A stretch of DNA of 64,000 bases. Source: Blastocatellia bacterium (lineage in GTDB: Bacteria; Acidobacteriota; Blastocatellia; HR10; J050). The translations under genes and the position numbers were made by a program. Below, piece after piece: positions 8,704-18,269 of the stretch. Where the stretch lies: assembly GCA_026985075.1 (NCBI GenBank), contig JALSQX010000053.1, positions 92,773 to 156,772 of the forward strand. The letters run 5' to 3'. How positions within the stretch are numbered: position 1 is the stretch's first letter; the number at the start of each line of letters is the position of its first letter. The notes beneath the pieces are model-generated. The model did not search any database. It worked only from the letters and a program-made list of their open reading frames with translations, and had not been told where the DNA came from.

Positions 8704-9777
8704 TTATATTCGATATCTCACCTTTCGGCGGGATGACGCCGGTTCCAGATCGAGGTTATGCAGCTTCAATCCGGCGACGGCGGTGAGGGCGAAGTCCGAG
8801 TGCTCGCCTCGCCGGAGTTTGGGATAGGCGGCAGCAGCGATCATCGCCGCATTATCGGTGGTCAGCGGGGGACTGGGGTAATACAGTGGAATGCCCACGC
8901 GTTCGGCAAATGCCCTCGCTTCGCGTCGCAGCTGGCGATTGCAGGCCACCCCCCCAGCCAAGACGAGCGTCTGCGGCTTGGTGGTGGCTACGGCACTGGC
9001 GACCCGGTCGAGGAGTGTGCGAACTACGGCGCGTTGAAAACTGGCGATCAGGTCGAGGACGTCCTGCGGCGGATGCTCGGGATCAACGACCGGCTTGATG
9101 CCCTTCTCCTCCACGTATCGGCGGACGGCCGTCTTCAATCCGCTGAAGCTGAAATCGAGCGTGCCATCGGTCATTCGCGGGATGGTGAAGGAGACGGCTT
9201 CCGGATTCCCTCGAGGTGAGAGGCGGTCGATGACGGGTCCGCCGGGATAGCCCAAGCCCAGCAACTTGGCGACCTTATCGAAGGCCTCTCCGGCCGCATC
9301 ATCGCGCGTATGCCCGAGGCGCTTATACTTCTCTGCCGCGGGCATCCAGTACAATTCCGTATGTCCCCCCGATACGATGAGGGCTAATGCGGGATACGCG
9401 ATCGGCGGGTTCTCGAAGACGACCGAATAGACGTGCCCTTCGAGATGATTAATGCCGACGTAGGGCTTTCCCAGCGCATAGGCGACCGACTTGGCGTAGC
9501 TCAGTCCCACCAGCAACGATCCCACCAATCCTGGGCCATATGTCACGCCGATGCCATCGATCTGGGAGAAGGTGACGCCGGCCGCCTGGAGCGCCTGCTC
9601 GACAACAGGCACGATGTTCTTGATATGCTCGCGCGAAGCCAACTCGGGGACGATCCCCCCATAGGGTCGATGGGTGTCTACCTGGGAAGCAACGATATTG
9701 GAACGGATCACCCGACCTTGTTCGACGACGGCCGCCGCTGTCTCGTCACAGGATGACTCGATGCCCAGAATCAGCAT
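8704..9777 (-). CDS. tsaD: tRNA N6-adenosine threonylcarbamoyltransferase TsaD (Kae1/Gcp family)
   Basis: [19 protein letters not shown]-terminus and HxEGH metal site ([10 protein letters not shown]), with full-length Gcp-like architecture. Confidence 0.9.
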   Translation of the reverse strand: MLILGIESSCDETAAAVVEQGRVIRSNIVASQVDTHRPYGGIVPELASREHIKNIVPVVEQALQAAGVTFSQIDGIGVTYGPGLVGSLLVGLSYAKSVAYALGKPYVGINHLEGHVYSVVFENPPIAYPALALIVSGGHTELYWMPAAEKYKRLGHTRDDAAGEAFDKVAKLLGLGYPGGPVIDRLSPRGNPEAVSFTIPRMTDGTLDFSFSGLKTAVRRYVEEKGIKPVVDPEHPPQDVLDLIASFQRAVVRTLLDRVASAVATTKPQTLVLAGGVACNRQLRREARAFAERVGIPLYYPSPPLTTDNAAMIAAAAYPKLRRGEHSDFALTAVAGLKLHNLDLEPASSRRKVRYRI

Positions 9778-10895
9778 CTCTCCTCCTCGCTCTGATCCTC
9801 CCGTTCACGAGGAGCACTCGCTCGGCGAGCGGATGGGAGCTCAGCGCACCCTGAGCCCTCCACCAACGCTCGAAGACTCTCCGTATAGGGAGGACGCGCC
9901 ACGCCCCGTTCGGTGATGATGGCCGTGATGTATCGATGCGGTGTCACATCGAAAGCGGGATTGGCGACCTCCACGTCTTCCGGAGCAATGACTTGATCTC
10001 TGATCCGGATCACTTCGTCACCGGACCGCTCCTCAATGGGGATCTCATCGCCGGAAGCGAGCGACAGGTCGATGGTCGAAGTGGGCGCCGCCACGTAGAA
10101 CGGAATATGGTGTTCCTTGGCCAGCACGGCCAGCGAATACGTCCCAATTTTATTGGCGACGTCTCCGTTGGCCGCGATGCGATCGGCTCCTACGATCACA
10201 CAATCGACTTTCCCCTGGCGCATGAAGTAACCCGCCATGTTATCAGAAATGAGCGTCACCGGGATGCCATCCTTCATCAGTTCCCAGGCGGTCAATCGCG
10301 CTCCTTGCAAGAACGGGCGGGTCTCATCGGCCAACACGCGCACCTTCTTCTGTTGCTCCACTGCCGCGCGAATGACGCCGAGCGCCGTTCCATAGCCAGC
10401 GGTGGCCAGCGTCCCGGCATTGCAGTGCGTCAGCACAGTGGCCGCATCGGGGATCAACTCGGCACCATATCGTCCCATCTGCCGATTGGTTTGAATGTCC
10501 TCTTCATACATCCTCTGGGCCTCTTCGATCATCCGCCGTTTGATCTCATCCAGCGGCAATCCGTCCCGCCTGGCGCGAACAAATGCGCGCTTCATGCGCT
10601 CAATGGCCCAGAACAGATTGACGGCTGTCGGACGGGTGGTCTCCATCACCCGACAAATACGCTCCAGTTCCCGCTCCAACTCCTCCACTGTGCTCACCTG
10701 AGCGTCTCGCACTCCCAGGGCGATTCCCATTGCCGCCGCCACGCCAATGGCTGGCGCCCCTCGGACGACCATATCCTTGATGGCTCGGGCCACCTCCTGG
10801 TAGGTCCGAAAGACGGGATAGACTTCCTCGGTGGGCAGTTTCCGCTGGTCGATCATCCGAATCCCTTCATCGGTCCACTCGATCGTCTTGATCAT
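9771..10895 (-). CDS. mtnA: Methylthioribose-1-phosphate isomerase (eIF-2B alpha/beta/delta-like) MtnA
   Basis: [21 protein letters not shown]...[15 protein letters not shown]...[18 protein letters not shown]. Start chosen at the MIKTIEW Met; the track ORF extends to 10982. The 3' end overlaps the tsaD start by 7 nt. Confidence 0.8.
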   Translation of the reverse strand: MIKTIEWTDEGIRMIDQRKLPTEEVYPVFRTYQEVARAIKDMVVRGAPAIGVAAAMGIALGVRDAQVSTVEELERELERICRVMETTRPTAVNLFWAIERMKRAFVRARRDGLPLDEIKRRMIEEAQRMYEEDIQTNRQMGRYGAELIPDAATVLTHCNAGTLATAGYGTALGVIRAAVEQQKKVRVLADETRPFLQGARLTAWELMKDGIPVTLISDNMAGYFMRQGKVDCVIVGADRIAANGDVANKIGTYSLAVLAKEHHIPFYVAAPTSTIDLSLASGDEIPIEERSGDEVIRIRDQVIAPEDVEVANPAFDVTPHRYITAIITERGVARPPYTESLRALVEGSGCAELPSARRASAPREREDQSEEERC

Positions 10896-11225
10896 GTCCA
10901 CTCCCCAACTCCACGGAATGTGAGCGCGCCCGTCGCTCAAGTCATCATGGTACTTAACCCGGACTGGCTTTGGCAATATCACACCGAGAGGCCAGTACGC
11001 CCATCGGACATGGGTCGCTCTATGAGGACGCCACCAAGGAGCCGGGGACCCGCTCCGGATGTTGATCCCCCGAGGGACACGACCCCTGAAAGGGCAAAGC
11101 CTCTCCGGTGCAGAGAATCCCGCCTCACTGTTGAGGGTGGCACCGCCAAGGCTGATCCCGGGCGAGCAGCAAATCAGGCCGCCATTCCAGCCGACCCTCT
11201 GGTGACCTTCTCAGCGTGATGGACG

Positions 11226-11256
11226 TTACAGAAGAATGACGTCCCCTGCGTATAAT
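11226..11256 (+). promoter_or_regulatory. Candidate sigma70-type promoter (TTACAG-N19-TATAAT) for the Crp-family gene
   Basis: Perfect TATAAT at 11251-11256, about 38 nt upstream of ATG 11294. The -35 is weak and the spacer is long. Confidence 0.3.
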
Positions 11257-11293
11257 GAGCAGTGATATCGAATTTGTGAGAGGAGAGAGGACT

Positions 11294-12079
11294 ATGGCGA
11301 GAACATGGCGGGCAACGGCCAAGAAGAGGGTGACCGTTGCGCATGATCATCAGCACATTCAGAATCATCCTGCTTTCCGCAGGCTCGCCCGCCGGGTCAA
11401 CGGCTTCCTGGCGGCCGATTTTCTATCCTCCTTCGATGCCGAGCAGCGTCATCAATTGGAGCGCATCGCCACGTCGATCACCTACTCGCCGGGAGAGATA
11501 TGTCTGGCCCCCCACGAGATGAGAGGGAGATCGTTCATTCTTCGCCGGGGGAAGATCCGGCTCTTTTATTCGTTCCAGAATGGAGATACCCTGAGCATCG
11601 CCGAATTGCGGCCCGGTGCCGTGTTCGGTGAAATGCCGCTCCTCGGTCAACGAGCTTATGGCGCTCAGGCAGAGGCTGTGGAGGAGAGCGTATTATGGAT
11701 CCTGAGCCGGCCGGATCTCGAGCAGCTTTTGCTGAATCATCCTCGTCTCGCCCTTCGGCTCATCCAGCTTCTCGGTCAACAGCTCCTGGAGGCGGAAGGT
11801 CAACTGGAGGAAACGCTGTTTAAGAATATCCGCGCCCGAACGGCCGCGCTCCTGCTGCGGCGGGCGTCGTCAGATCCCCCCGCCGTCACCGGTTTGAGCC
11901 ATCAGGAGATCGCCGACCAACTGGGCGTATATCGGGAGACGATCACCCACGCGCTGAACGAACTGAGACAGATGGGCCTCATCGAGATCGGCCGGAGAAA
12001 ACTTCGCATTGTTGACCCGGAAGGATTGAGGCGCGAAGCCAAGCCCTCGCCTCAGGAATGGGTGGCTCATCTGGTGTAA
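11294..12079 (+). CDS. Crp/Fnr-family transcriptional regulator (cNMP-binding domain plus C-terminal HTH)
   Basis: cNMP-binding fold (FGEMPLLG) and HTH (LSHQEIADQLGVYRETITHALNELRQMGLI). ATG 11294 is preceded by GAGGAGAG. Confidence 0.8.
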   Translation: MARTWRATAKKRVTVAHDHQHIQNHPAFRRLARRVNGFLAADFLSSFDAEQRHQLERIATSITYSPGEICLAPHEMRGRSFILRRGKIRLFYSFQNGDTLSIAELRPGAVFGEMPLLGQRAYGAQAEAVEESVLWILSRPDLEQLLLNHPRLALRLIQLLGQQLLEAEGQLEETLFKNIRARTAALLLRRASSDPPAVTGLSHQEIADQLGVYRETITHALNELRQMGLIEIGRRKLRIVDPEGLRREAKPSPQEWVAHLV

Positions 12080-12092
12080 ACGAGCGACGAGG

Positions 12093-12120
12093 CCGGAGGT
12101 GCGCGAACGCCACCTCCCGG
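12093..12120 (+). terminator. Candidate intrinsic terminator hairpin after the Crp-family gene
   Basis: CCGGAGGTG-cgcgaacgc-CACCTCC(C)GG stem-loop followed by TCTTC. The U-tract is weak. Confidence 0.35.
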
Positions 12121-12168
12121 TCTTCGGGTGAACGCCAGATGCACAATCCTCATCCGGCCTATTCAGGG

Positions 12169-12199
12169 TTGAAGACCTCCCACCTCTTCCCTTTATAAT
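12169..12199 (+). promoter_or_regulatory. Candidate promoter TTGAAG-N19-TATAAT upstream of the cytochrome c gene
   Basis: TATAAT at 12194-12199, about 67 nt upstream of ATG 12267. Confidence 0.3.
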
Positions 12200-12266
12200 C
12201 TAACGCCTTATGAATCGAACGATGCCAAAAAGAGCGATCATCACTCACGTGAGGAGGAAGTCAAGG

Positions 12267-12749
12267 ATGTCCATGTTCAGGTTGGTGAAACTGGTAGCGC
12301 TCTCACTCGTCGTGACACTGGTCATCGGGGCGATGATACTCTCTCATGTCTCGTCAAGCCGATGGCGCGGGGTGGCCGAAGCCAGCGGGCGGACGACAAT
12401 GGTTGCCGCTCACTCCGAACAGGATGGTTGGGATGTCCCCACCGACGTGGCTAAAATGAAAAATCCCATCGAGGCGACGTCCGACTCGATCCAGAAAGGT
12501 AAACAGCTCTACGAAGCCAATTGTGCGTTCTGCCATGGCCAGACGGGGAAAGGCGATGGTCCGGTCGCCTCGAGTCTCCCCGAGAAGCCGGCCGATTTGA
12601 GCAATAAGGAGGTCATGGCTCGCCTCACCGATGGCGAGTTGTTCTGGAGAATCACGAAAGGAAAACGACCCATGCCAAGCTTCGAGAAGACGCTCTCTGA
12701 GAAGGAGCGTTGGCATATCGTCAACTATCTCCGCACGCTCGCCCAATGA
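12267..12749 (+). CDS. Membrane-anchored class I c-type cytochrome
   Basis: Single CxxCH (CAFCHGQTG) with a downstream Met ligand region. N-terminal TM anchor. ATG preceded by GAGGAGG. Confidence 0.75.
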   Translation: MSMFRLVKLVALSLVVTLVIGAMILSHVSSSRWRGVAEASGRTTMVAAHSEQDGWDVPTDVAKMKNPIEATSDSIQKGKQLYEANCAFCHGQTGKGDGPVASSLPEKPADLSNKEVMARLTDGELFWRITKGKRPMPSFEKTLSEKERWHIVNYLRTLAQ

Positions 12750-12913
12750 GCCGAGTGTGTGTCTCAGATTACAGCACTCATGGTTGGCCTCGCCTACCAT
12801 TGAGGCGAATTCAATGCTATGGATTTCTCAACGAGGAAAACGGGCCGCTTGGCGTTGGCCAATGTTGTGAAGTCCATAGATTTCAACACCTTAAATCGAC
12901 ATAGGAGGGTTTG

Positions 12914-13306
12914 ATGATGAAGAGGCATTTCGCGTTAATCACATTACTCGTTTTAACGCTTCCCGTCGTGACCGCGCTGGCCTGGCAGGGTGAAGCCAAG
13001 AAGAAGACGATCATCGGCGAGCTGGTCGACTCCAAGTGTTATCTGGCCATGGGAGCGAGAGGTGAAGGTCACCGCGCCTGCGCCGTCAAATGCGCCAAGA
13101 TGGGCATTCCGGTGGCCATCGCCGACGCCAAAGGGAATACGTACACGATCGCGTTGCCCGCGCCCGCCCTGGCCCAGTATCAAGGTCTGCAGGCTCGGGT
13201 CACGGGGAAGGTTTTTGAAACATCTCGGACGATCATCCCGATGAAGATCGAGGTCAAGAAGGATGGGAGGTGGACGGAGATCGAACTTCCCAAAACGATG
13301 ATGTAG
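12914..13306 (+). CDS. Hypothetical small secreted protein with a Cys/His cluster (C-x11-H-x2-C-x3-C)
   Basis: Signal peptide MMKRHFALITLLVLTLPVVTALA, then DSKCYLAMGARGEGHRACAVKCAKMG. AGGAGGG lies upstream of the ATG. No family recognised. Confidence 0.5.
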   Translation: MMKRHFALITLLVLTLPVVTALAWQGEAKKKTIIGELVDSKCYLAMGARGEGHRACAVKCAKMGIPVAIADAKGNTYTIALPAPALAQYQGLQARVTGKVFETSRTIIPMKIEVKKDGRWTEIELPKTMM

Positions 13307-13318
13307 GGCGTCGCTTCC

Positions 13319-14401
13319 TCACTCCTCCATCAGGGGAGCAAGCCCACGTTCCACCTGATGGAGGATCCTCTCTGATCCCGTCTGCACTGGCTTCGGTTGG
13401 ACGGCGACATCCTTATAAAAGAAGTGCTTCCTGACGTGGCCGAACGGTTTTCCATCCACTTCCACATAGGGATAAATGAAGTAATTGAGAGGCTCACCTG
13501 CTTGAGGAGGATCTAAGATGATGTCCCGCCCAATGGTGAATTGCACGCGATTCTCATCGTGAGCGCCGAAAAAGTATTCTCTCTTTTCCGGATGCTTGTT
13601 CGCTTCGGAGGCATCCACGGGCACCCACCCATATCCTTTGAGGTAGAATTCGGCCCAACAGTGATAACCAGCAATCTCTCCCTGGCCCCGGTCGGGGGGT
13701 AATGGAAAGCCAATGGCGAACTTGGCCGGGATGCCCACCGCTCGGCAGAGTCCGATGAACAGAGCATGGAAATCGGTGCAGTTGCCGCGCTTCACGTCGC
13801 AGGCATAGTAGATATCGCCCCGTCCCCATCCGGTGCCACTTTTATCGTACGTGAGATTATCCACGACATAATCATAGATGGCGCGAACCTTCTCCAGATC
13901 GGCCGTCTTCCCCCGAGTGACGTCTCGGGCTAACGCCCTGATTCGATCATCGACGGGAACGAGTCGATCTGGCTGAAGCCATCGTTTCAAGAGAGGATCG
14001 GTGTCTCCCTCGACACGCACGCGCACCGATGAGAAATCCCGGCGGACATATTCTCGGCGCGTGACCAGGAACTTCATGTCTACGCGGATAGAATCCCGTC
14101 GAGGATTCGCTGCCGAGAGGAAGAGAATGGCATTGCCATACTCGGGATCACGATGCAGGCTCGTTGGATACGGCGCGGCGATGAGCAGGGGAGTGACCTC
14201 CTGGTGCGCATCGCTCGTCGGATAGGGTAACCAGATGGAAACCTTCTTGGCCTCTTTGGGAATATTGGTGACCTCGGCCGTGTAGGTGAATTCGAACGTG
14301 CGCACGGCCGGGCCGCGGGCCATGATGGTCACTCTCCCCGAACTGGCGAAGAGCCCCAATGCCCAAACAGAGACGATGAGCAGCAATCTCCCTTTCACCA
14401 T
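13319..14401 (-). CDS. Transglutaminase-like (Cys-His-Asp) domain protein, secreted
   Basis: Transglutaminase core YYACDVKRGNCTDFHALFIGLCRAVGIPAKFAIGF...GYHCWAEFYL...WVPVDAS. Signal peptide after ATG 14401, which is preceded by AGGAGG. Confidence 0.75.
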   Translation of the reverse strand: MVKGRLLLIVSVWALGLFASSGRVTIMARGPAVRTFEFTYTAEVTNIPKEAKKVSIWLPYPTSDAHQEVTPLLIAAPYPTSLHRDPEYGNAILFLSAANPRRDSIRVDMKFLVTRREYVRRDFSSVRVRVEGDTDPLLKRWLQPDRLVPVDDRIRALARDVTRGKTADLEKVRAIYDYVVDNLTYDKSGTGWGRGDIYYACDVKRGNCTDFHALFIGLCRAVGIPAKFAIGFPLPPDRGQGEIAGYHCWAEFYLKGYGWVPVDASEANKHPEKREYFFGAHDENRVQFTIGRDIILDPPQAGEPLNYFIYPYVEVDGKPFGHVRKHFFYKDVAVQPKPVQTGSERILHQVERGLAPLMEE

Positions 14402-14499
14402 TCTGCCTCCTTCAATCGAAGACGTCGGGCAGCAGGCTGCCGAGTCACCCCCGCCATTCCTGTTCTCCGTGACGGGCCCATGGGCGATCGATCGAGAGC

Positions 14500-15918
14500 T
14501 CAAAAATTGTACTGCACATAAATGTTCAGGCGATGATCCACGCCGCGATCAAGGCCTTTGTAATCGGTCGTCCAGTGAAGATAGTCGATACCCACGATGA
14601 ATGGGCCGCCGGGATAGAATCGATTGACGATGTACCATGCCCGATTCTTGATGCGACCCTGAACCGGGATGTCACGGTCCACGGGATCATCGACCGTGTA
14701 CCCCGGGAAAATCCAGTAGAATCGACTCAGCTTGATCCCCAATTCAGCCCAGCCCCCCCGACTTCTGATCTCCGTTCCCAGGACCGTATTCAGGCCCTGG
14801 CCCACGCCGCCCCGGAAGTCGCTCAGATTGCGCCCGAACCAACCTTCCCCTCGCAGCATCACGCGCTCGTGAAGAGCGAGGATGTAGTCGACATTGAGCG
14901 ACTGACTCCGAAAGCTCTTCCGACCGGCAACGGGCGTCACCATTTCCTCCCATCCATAGTGCCCGGAGACGCCCACGCTCAATCGACTGTTAGCATTCCA
15001 CAACGCATGGGCATAGCCAAGACGCGCCTGGAGATTCGGTTTGCGAGAGGTCTCTCCATCCCGAAAGCCGTCGCCGTCCAGGTCCTTACTATCAATGGCC
15101 CCCGTCAATCCGATCCCTCCGGCGAATGAGAATTGCCCACCACCGATATGGGGCTCGTAACTGAAACGAACCTGGGCTCGCCGATCGCCCAGATTCCCCG
15201 CATTCCACATCAACGTATCATTGTTCACCGTGGGATACAGGGGCGAAATGATGTCCCAGGTTTGCCCGCCGAGCAGGGAGAAGGCTCCCCAGGACACTTT
15301 CACATACGCATGCCGGGTCCGGAATCGCGGGCGCGATTCTCGTCCCCCATTCTGAAAATCGACTTCGAATTTTCCGGTGAGTCTTCCTCCACCGCCGATT
15401 TCTGGCCCCGAATAGTTGATGCCGATGCGCGTCAGCCGCGGATGCATGGTGAAGTTCCCCTTCCTGTTCCCCACGCCGAGACGTGGATCAGCCGAGCGCA
15501 CGCGAAAAATCGTCTGAGCGAAGTCAGGGCGTGCACTATCGGCGATCAGATCCAACCGCAGGAATCCGTAGAACTGGAGTCGGCTTCCCTTCGTGCTCAA
15601 CTCTTTCCACTTGACCGTCCCTCGGCCGGCGCCTTGAGGGGCACTCGTGAGCCCTCCCTTCCCTTGCCCACCGCGGTTCCCGCTCCTTTTCGTTTCACCA
15701 CCCAGCTCCCCTGCCTCTTGAACCGTTCTCGCGGCGAGTTGCTGCTTCAATGCCTGTAGCATCTGGAGGATGGCTCGATTCTGCGCTTCGAGTTCGCGAA
15801 CTCTCTGCCTCAGTGCTTCCAGCTCAGCGTCGCGCCGTTCACCTTGCGCTCGAACTCCCCAGGTCATTCCCAGTACCACTCCCACCAGACAAACAACGCG
15901 CATCCCAATCTTCAGCAT
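14500..15918 (-). CDS. Outer-membrane beta-barrel porin with an N-terminal periplasmic coiled coil (OprO/P- or DcaP-like architecture)
   Basis: Signal peptide, then a heptad-rich segment (ELEALRQRVRELEAQNRAILQMLQALKQQLAA). Alternating amphipathic beta-strands follow, with a C-terminal ...NIYVQYNF (terminal Phe). Start uncertain between 15903, 15918 and 15933. Confidence 0.6.
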   Translation of the reverse strand: MLKIGMRVVCLVGVVLGMTWGVRAQGERRDAELEALRQRVRELEAQNRAILQMLQALKQQLAARTVQEAGELGGETKRSGNRGGQGKGGLTSAPQGAGRGTVKWKELSTKGSRLQFYGFLRLDLIADSARPDFAQTIFRVRSADPRLGVGNRKGNFTMHPRLTRIGINYSGPEIGGGGRLTGKFEVDFQNGGRESRPRFRTRHAYVKVSWGAFSLLGGQTWDIISPLYPTVNNDTLMWNAGNLGDRRAQVRFSYEPHIGGGQFSFAGGIGLTGAIDSKDLDGDGFRDGETSRKPNLQARLGYAHALWNANSRLSVGVSGHYGWEEMVTPVAGRKSFRSQSLNVDYILALHERVMLRGEGWFGRNLSDFRGGVGQGLNTVLGTEIRSRGGWAELGIKLSRFYWIFPGYTVDDPVDRDIPVQGRIKNRAWYIVNRFYPGGPFIVGIDYLHWTTDYKGLDRGVDHRLNIYVQYNF

Positions 15919-16091
15919 CGTTGATATCCCCACACCGTTTTCGAATTACAAAGGAACCTTACCCTACCACGAATTTTTCTATAGGTCAAATTGGTATTTT
16001 CGATGGGTTACTGTCCGAGCCATTCAAAAAAGCAATACGCGGCGGCACACTGACCGAGGACGCCGGGATCGGCACCCCAATGAAGGCCGCT

Positions 16092-16991
16092 TCAGGGATG
16101 AGGCGAGGAGGTCAGGAATTCCAGAAAGGCTTCCGAGAGAGGTGATCGGGTGCGTCTGAGGTTCGTGACGATGAAGAAATGACGTTCCAACCTTTTGATT
16201 TCGCGAATCCGAATGGCTTTCATCAACCCGGCGGCCATCTCCGTCCGAACGGCCAGGTGGGAGAGAATGGAGAGGCCAACGTTCGCCTTGATGGCTTCTT
16301 TGATGGCCGTGGTGCTGCCCAATTGGGCGACGATGTTGAAATCATCCATCTGGTAACCATGCTGGGCCAGCGTTCGCTCGAACACGATGCGCGTCCCGGA
16401 GCCCGGTTCGCGGATGAGTAATGGTTCGCGCTTCAACTGATCGAGGGAGAGGACGCGGATACCGTCCCATCGGGCCGTGCGGGGGGCCACGAGGATGAGA
16501 CGGTCGGTGGCAAATTCTCGAAATCGGAGTGCGCTATTATTGACCTGAGCGCCGACGATGCCGATTTCGATGTCCCCCCTTTCGACCTGGGCGATGACCG
16601 CCTGGGTGTCGCTGATCGTCATGGCCACCCGGATGTGAGGGTACCGCTTGCGAAACCGACCGATCATCGAAGGGAGCAGGTATTCGCCGGGAATGGTGCT
16701 GGTGCTCAGGTGGAGATCGCCTTCCAAGCGGCCGAGGAATCGATGCATGCCCTCGATCGTCCGCCGCTTCATGTCGATAATCTGGTGGCCGTGTTCGTAA
16801 AGCAGCTCCCCGGCCCGCGTTGGCTTGATCTCCCGCCCCAACCGATCGAAGAGGGGAGTGCCGAAGTATTCCTCCAGCGATTTGATGTGACCACTGATGG
16901 TCGGCTGGGTCAGATGCAAGCGTTGGGCGGCCCGAGAGAAGCTCCGCTCCTCATACACGCAGCAGAAGACTTCTAATAATCTCAGATCCAT
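16092..16991 (-). CDS. LysR-family transcriptional regulator
   Basis: N-terminal HTH MDLRLLEVFCCVYEERSFSRAAQRLHLTQPTISGHIKSLEE, plus a LysR substrate-binding domain. Confidence 0.85.
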   Translation of the reverse strand: MDLRLLEVFCCVYEERSFSRAAQRLHLTQPTISGHIKSLEEYFGTPLFDRLGREIKPTRAGELLYEHGHQIIDMKRRTIEGMHRFLGRLEGDLHLSTSTIPGEYLLPSMIGRFRKRYPHIRVAMTISDTQAVIAQVERGDIEIGIVGAQVNNSALRFREFATDRLILVAPRTARWDGIRVLSLDQLKREPLLIREPGSGTRIVFERTLAQHGYQMDDFNIVAQLGSTTAIKEAIKANVGLSILSHLAVRTEMAAGLMKAIRIREIKRLERHFFIVTNLRRTRSPLSEAFLEFLTSSPHP

Positions 16992-17234
16992 AAGGCTCAC
17001 GGCTATTCTACAGAATCCGAGGCGAGAGATGCAAAAAGCCACGACTCGTCATGGAGACGGTGAACGCCGAACGGGACCGAGGGACCTGGATTCTCGCTTC
17101 GCTGGATGGAATTCGAGCGATACGTCGGAGGGGCCAACCCTCTGGTCGATTTCGTGCATCCGATGCCTGTGGGGTCTGAAGAGACCGATGAGGAACTTCA
17201 CTCTTGGCAAAAGAGTGAGTACAATAGGAGGGTC

Positions 17235-18170
17235 ATGAATATGAAGCAACCGATACAGGGAAGTACGCTCAATCAGTCGGCGGAGAAGGCCGGGGCTCAG
17301 GTCCAACTGGCCAAACCCCGAGTGGGGTTCACCAGCACGCGGCTGTTCACGGTGGTCGCCGCTTTATTTGCCCTGCTGCTCGTCTATACGGTTTACCAGC
17401 TCTATCAGAGCAATGCTCACCTGGAAGAGAGCTTGAAGCAGGTTCAGACGCAGTTGGCCGTGATCAACCAGCGACTCGATGATGGTGACGCGCGTCTGGC
17501 CGAGTTGACGGCGCAGTTCCAGGTCACCACCGAACGTCTTGGCTTGACCAAGAGCGAACTCGAGCGGACCAAACAGATGGCCGCGCGGCTCAAGCGGGAA
17601 CAGCAAGAGCGAGTCAAGGAGTTGACCGAGGAACTGAAGCGGAAGGCCGAGGCCGAGCAGGTGGCGGCCTTACAGCGAGAGACGACGAGCAAGCTGAGCG
17701 CCCTCTCCGGCGACGTTTCGGCCACGCGCCAGCAAGTCGCCGTGGTCAACGAGAACGTCTCCAAAACGCGCGAGGAAGTGACCCAATTGAAGCTCAAGCT
17801 GAGCGAATACGGGACGCTCATCGCGCGGAATCGGAAGGAATTGGAATACCTCCGTCGGCGAGGCGAGCGCGATTACTTCGAGTTCGACATTCGCAAGGGC
17901 GCCTTCCATCAAGTCTCCGATCTTCGCCTCAAGCTGAGAAAGACGGACACCAAACGACAACGATGCGATATCGAGTACATCGCCGACGATCGGAGAGTGC
18001 GAAAAAAGAAAGTGAACGTCAATGAACCCATTCAGGTCTTCGTCAAGGGGCTGAAGACACCCTACGAGATCGTCATCAACCGCGTGGAGAAGAATCGCAT
18101 TATCGGGTATGTGAGCGCCCCCAAGGAGCGCGGCACAGCGCCTGGAAAGCCGATCAGCTCCGATCGCTGA
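17235..18170 (+). CDS. Hypothetical single-pass membrane protein with a long coiled coil and a small C-terminal domain
   Basis: ATG 17235 is preceded by AGGAGGG. TM segment LFTVVAALFALLLVYTVY, followed by about 200 aa rich in E/K/R/Q/L heptads. Divergent from the LysR gene. Confidence 0.55.
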   Translation: MNMKQPIQGSTLNQSAEKAGAQVQLAKPRVGFTSTRLFTVVAALFALLLVYTVYQLYQSNAHLEESLKQVQTQLAVINQRLDDGDARLAELTAQFQVTTERLGLTKSELERTKQMAARLKREQQERVKELTEELKRKAEAEQVAALQRETTSKLSALSGDVSATRQQVAVVNENVSKTREEVTQLKLKLSEYGTLIARNRKELEYLRRRGERDYFEFDIRKGAFHQVSDLRLKLRKTDTKRQRCDIEYIADDRRVRKKKVNVNEPIQVFVKGLKTPYEIVINRVEKNRIIGYVSAPKERGTAPGKPISSDR

Positions 18171-18206
18171 CGCCGTCGAGCGCCCCGATCCGGCCCGTCC
18201 TTGAAA

Positions 18207-18239
18207 CCCGGGTCTGAGGTTTGAAGGTTCAGGCCCGGG
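18207..18239 (-). terminator. Candidate terminator hairpin between convergent genes
   Basis: CCCGGGtcTGA-ggtttgaaggt-TCAggCCCGGG imperfect inverted repeat. On the minus strand it is followed by TTTCAA. It lies between the stops at 18170 (+) and 18270 (-). Confidence 0.3.
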
Positions 18240-18269
18240 CCACCCACCGGCGCCGTGGATAGCCCATTT

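Noticed and set aside
9936-11219. 427-aa ORF antisense to mtnA
   Set aside because: Low-complexity translation (H/R/G/P rich). mtnA on the minus strand is strongly supported.
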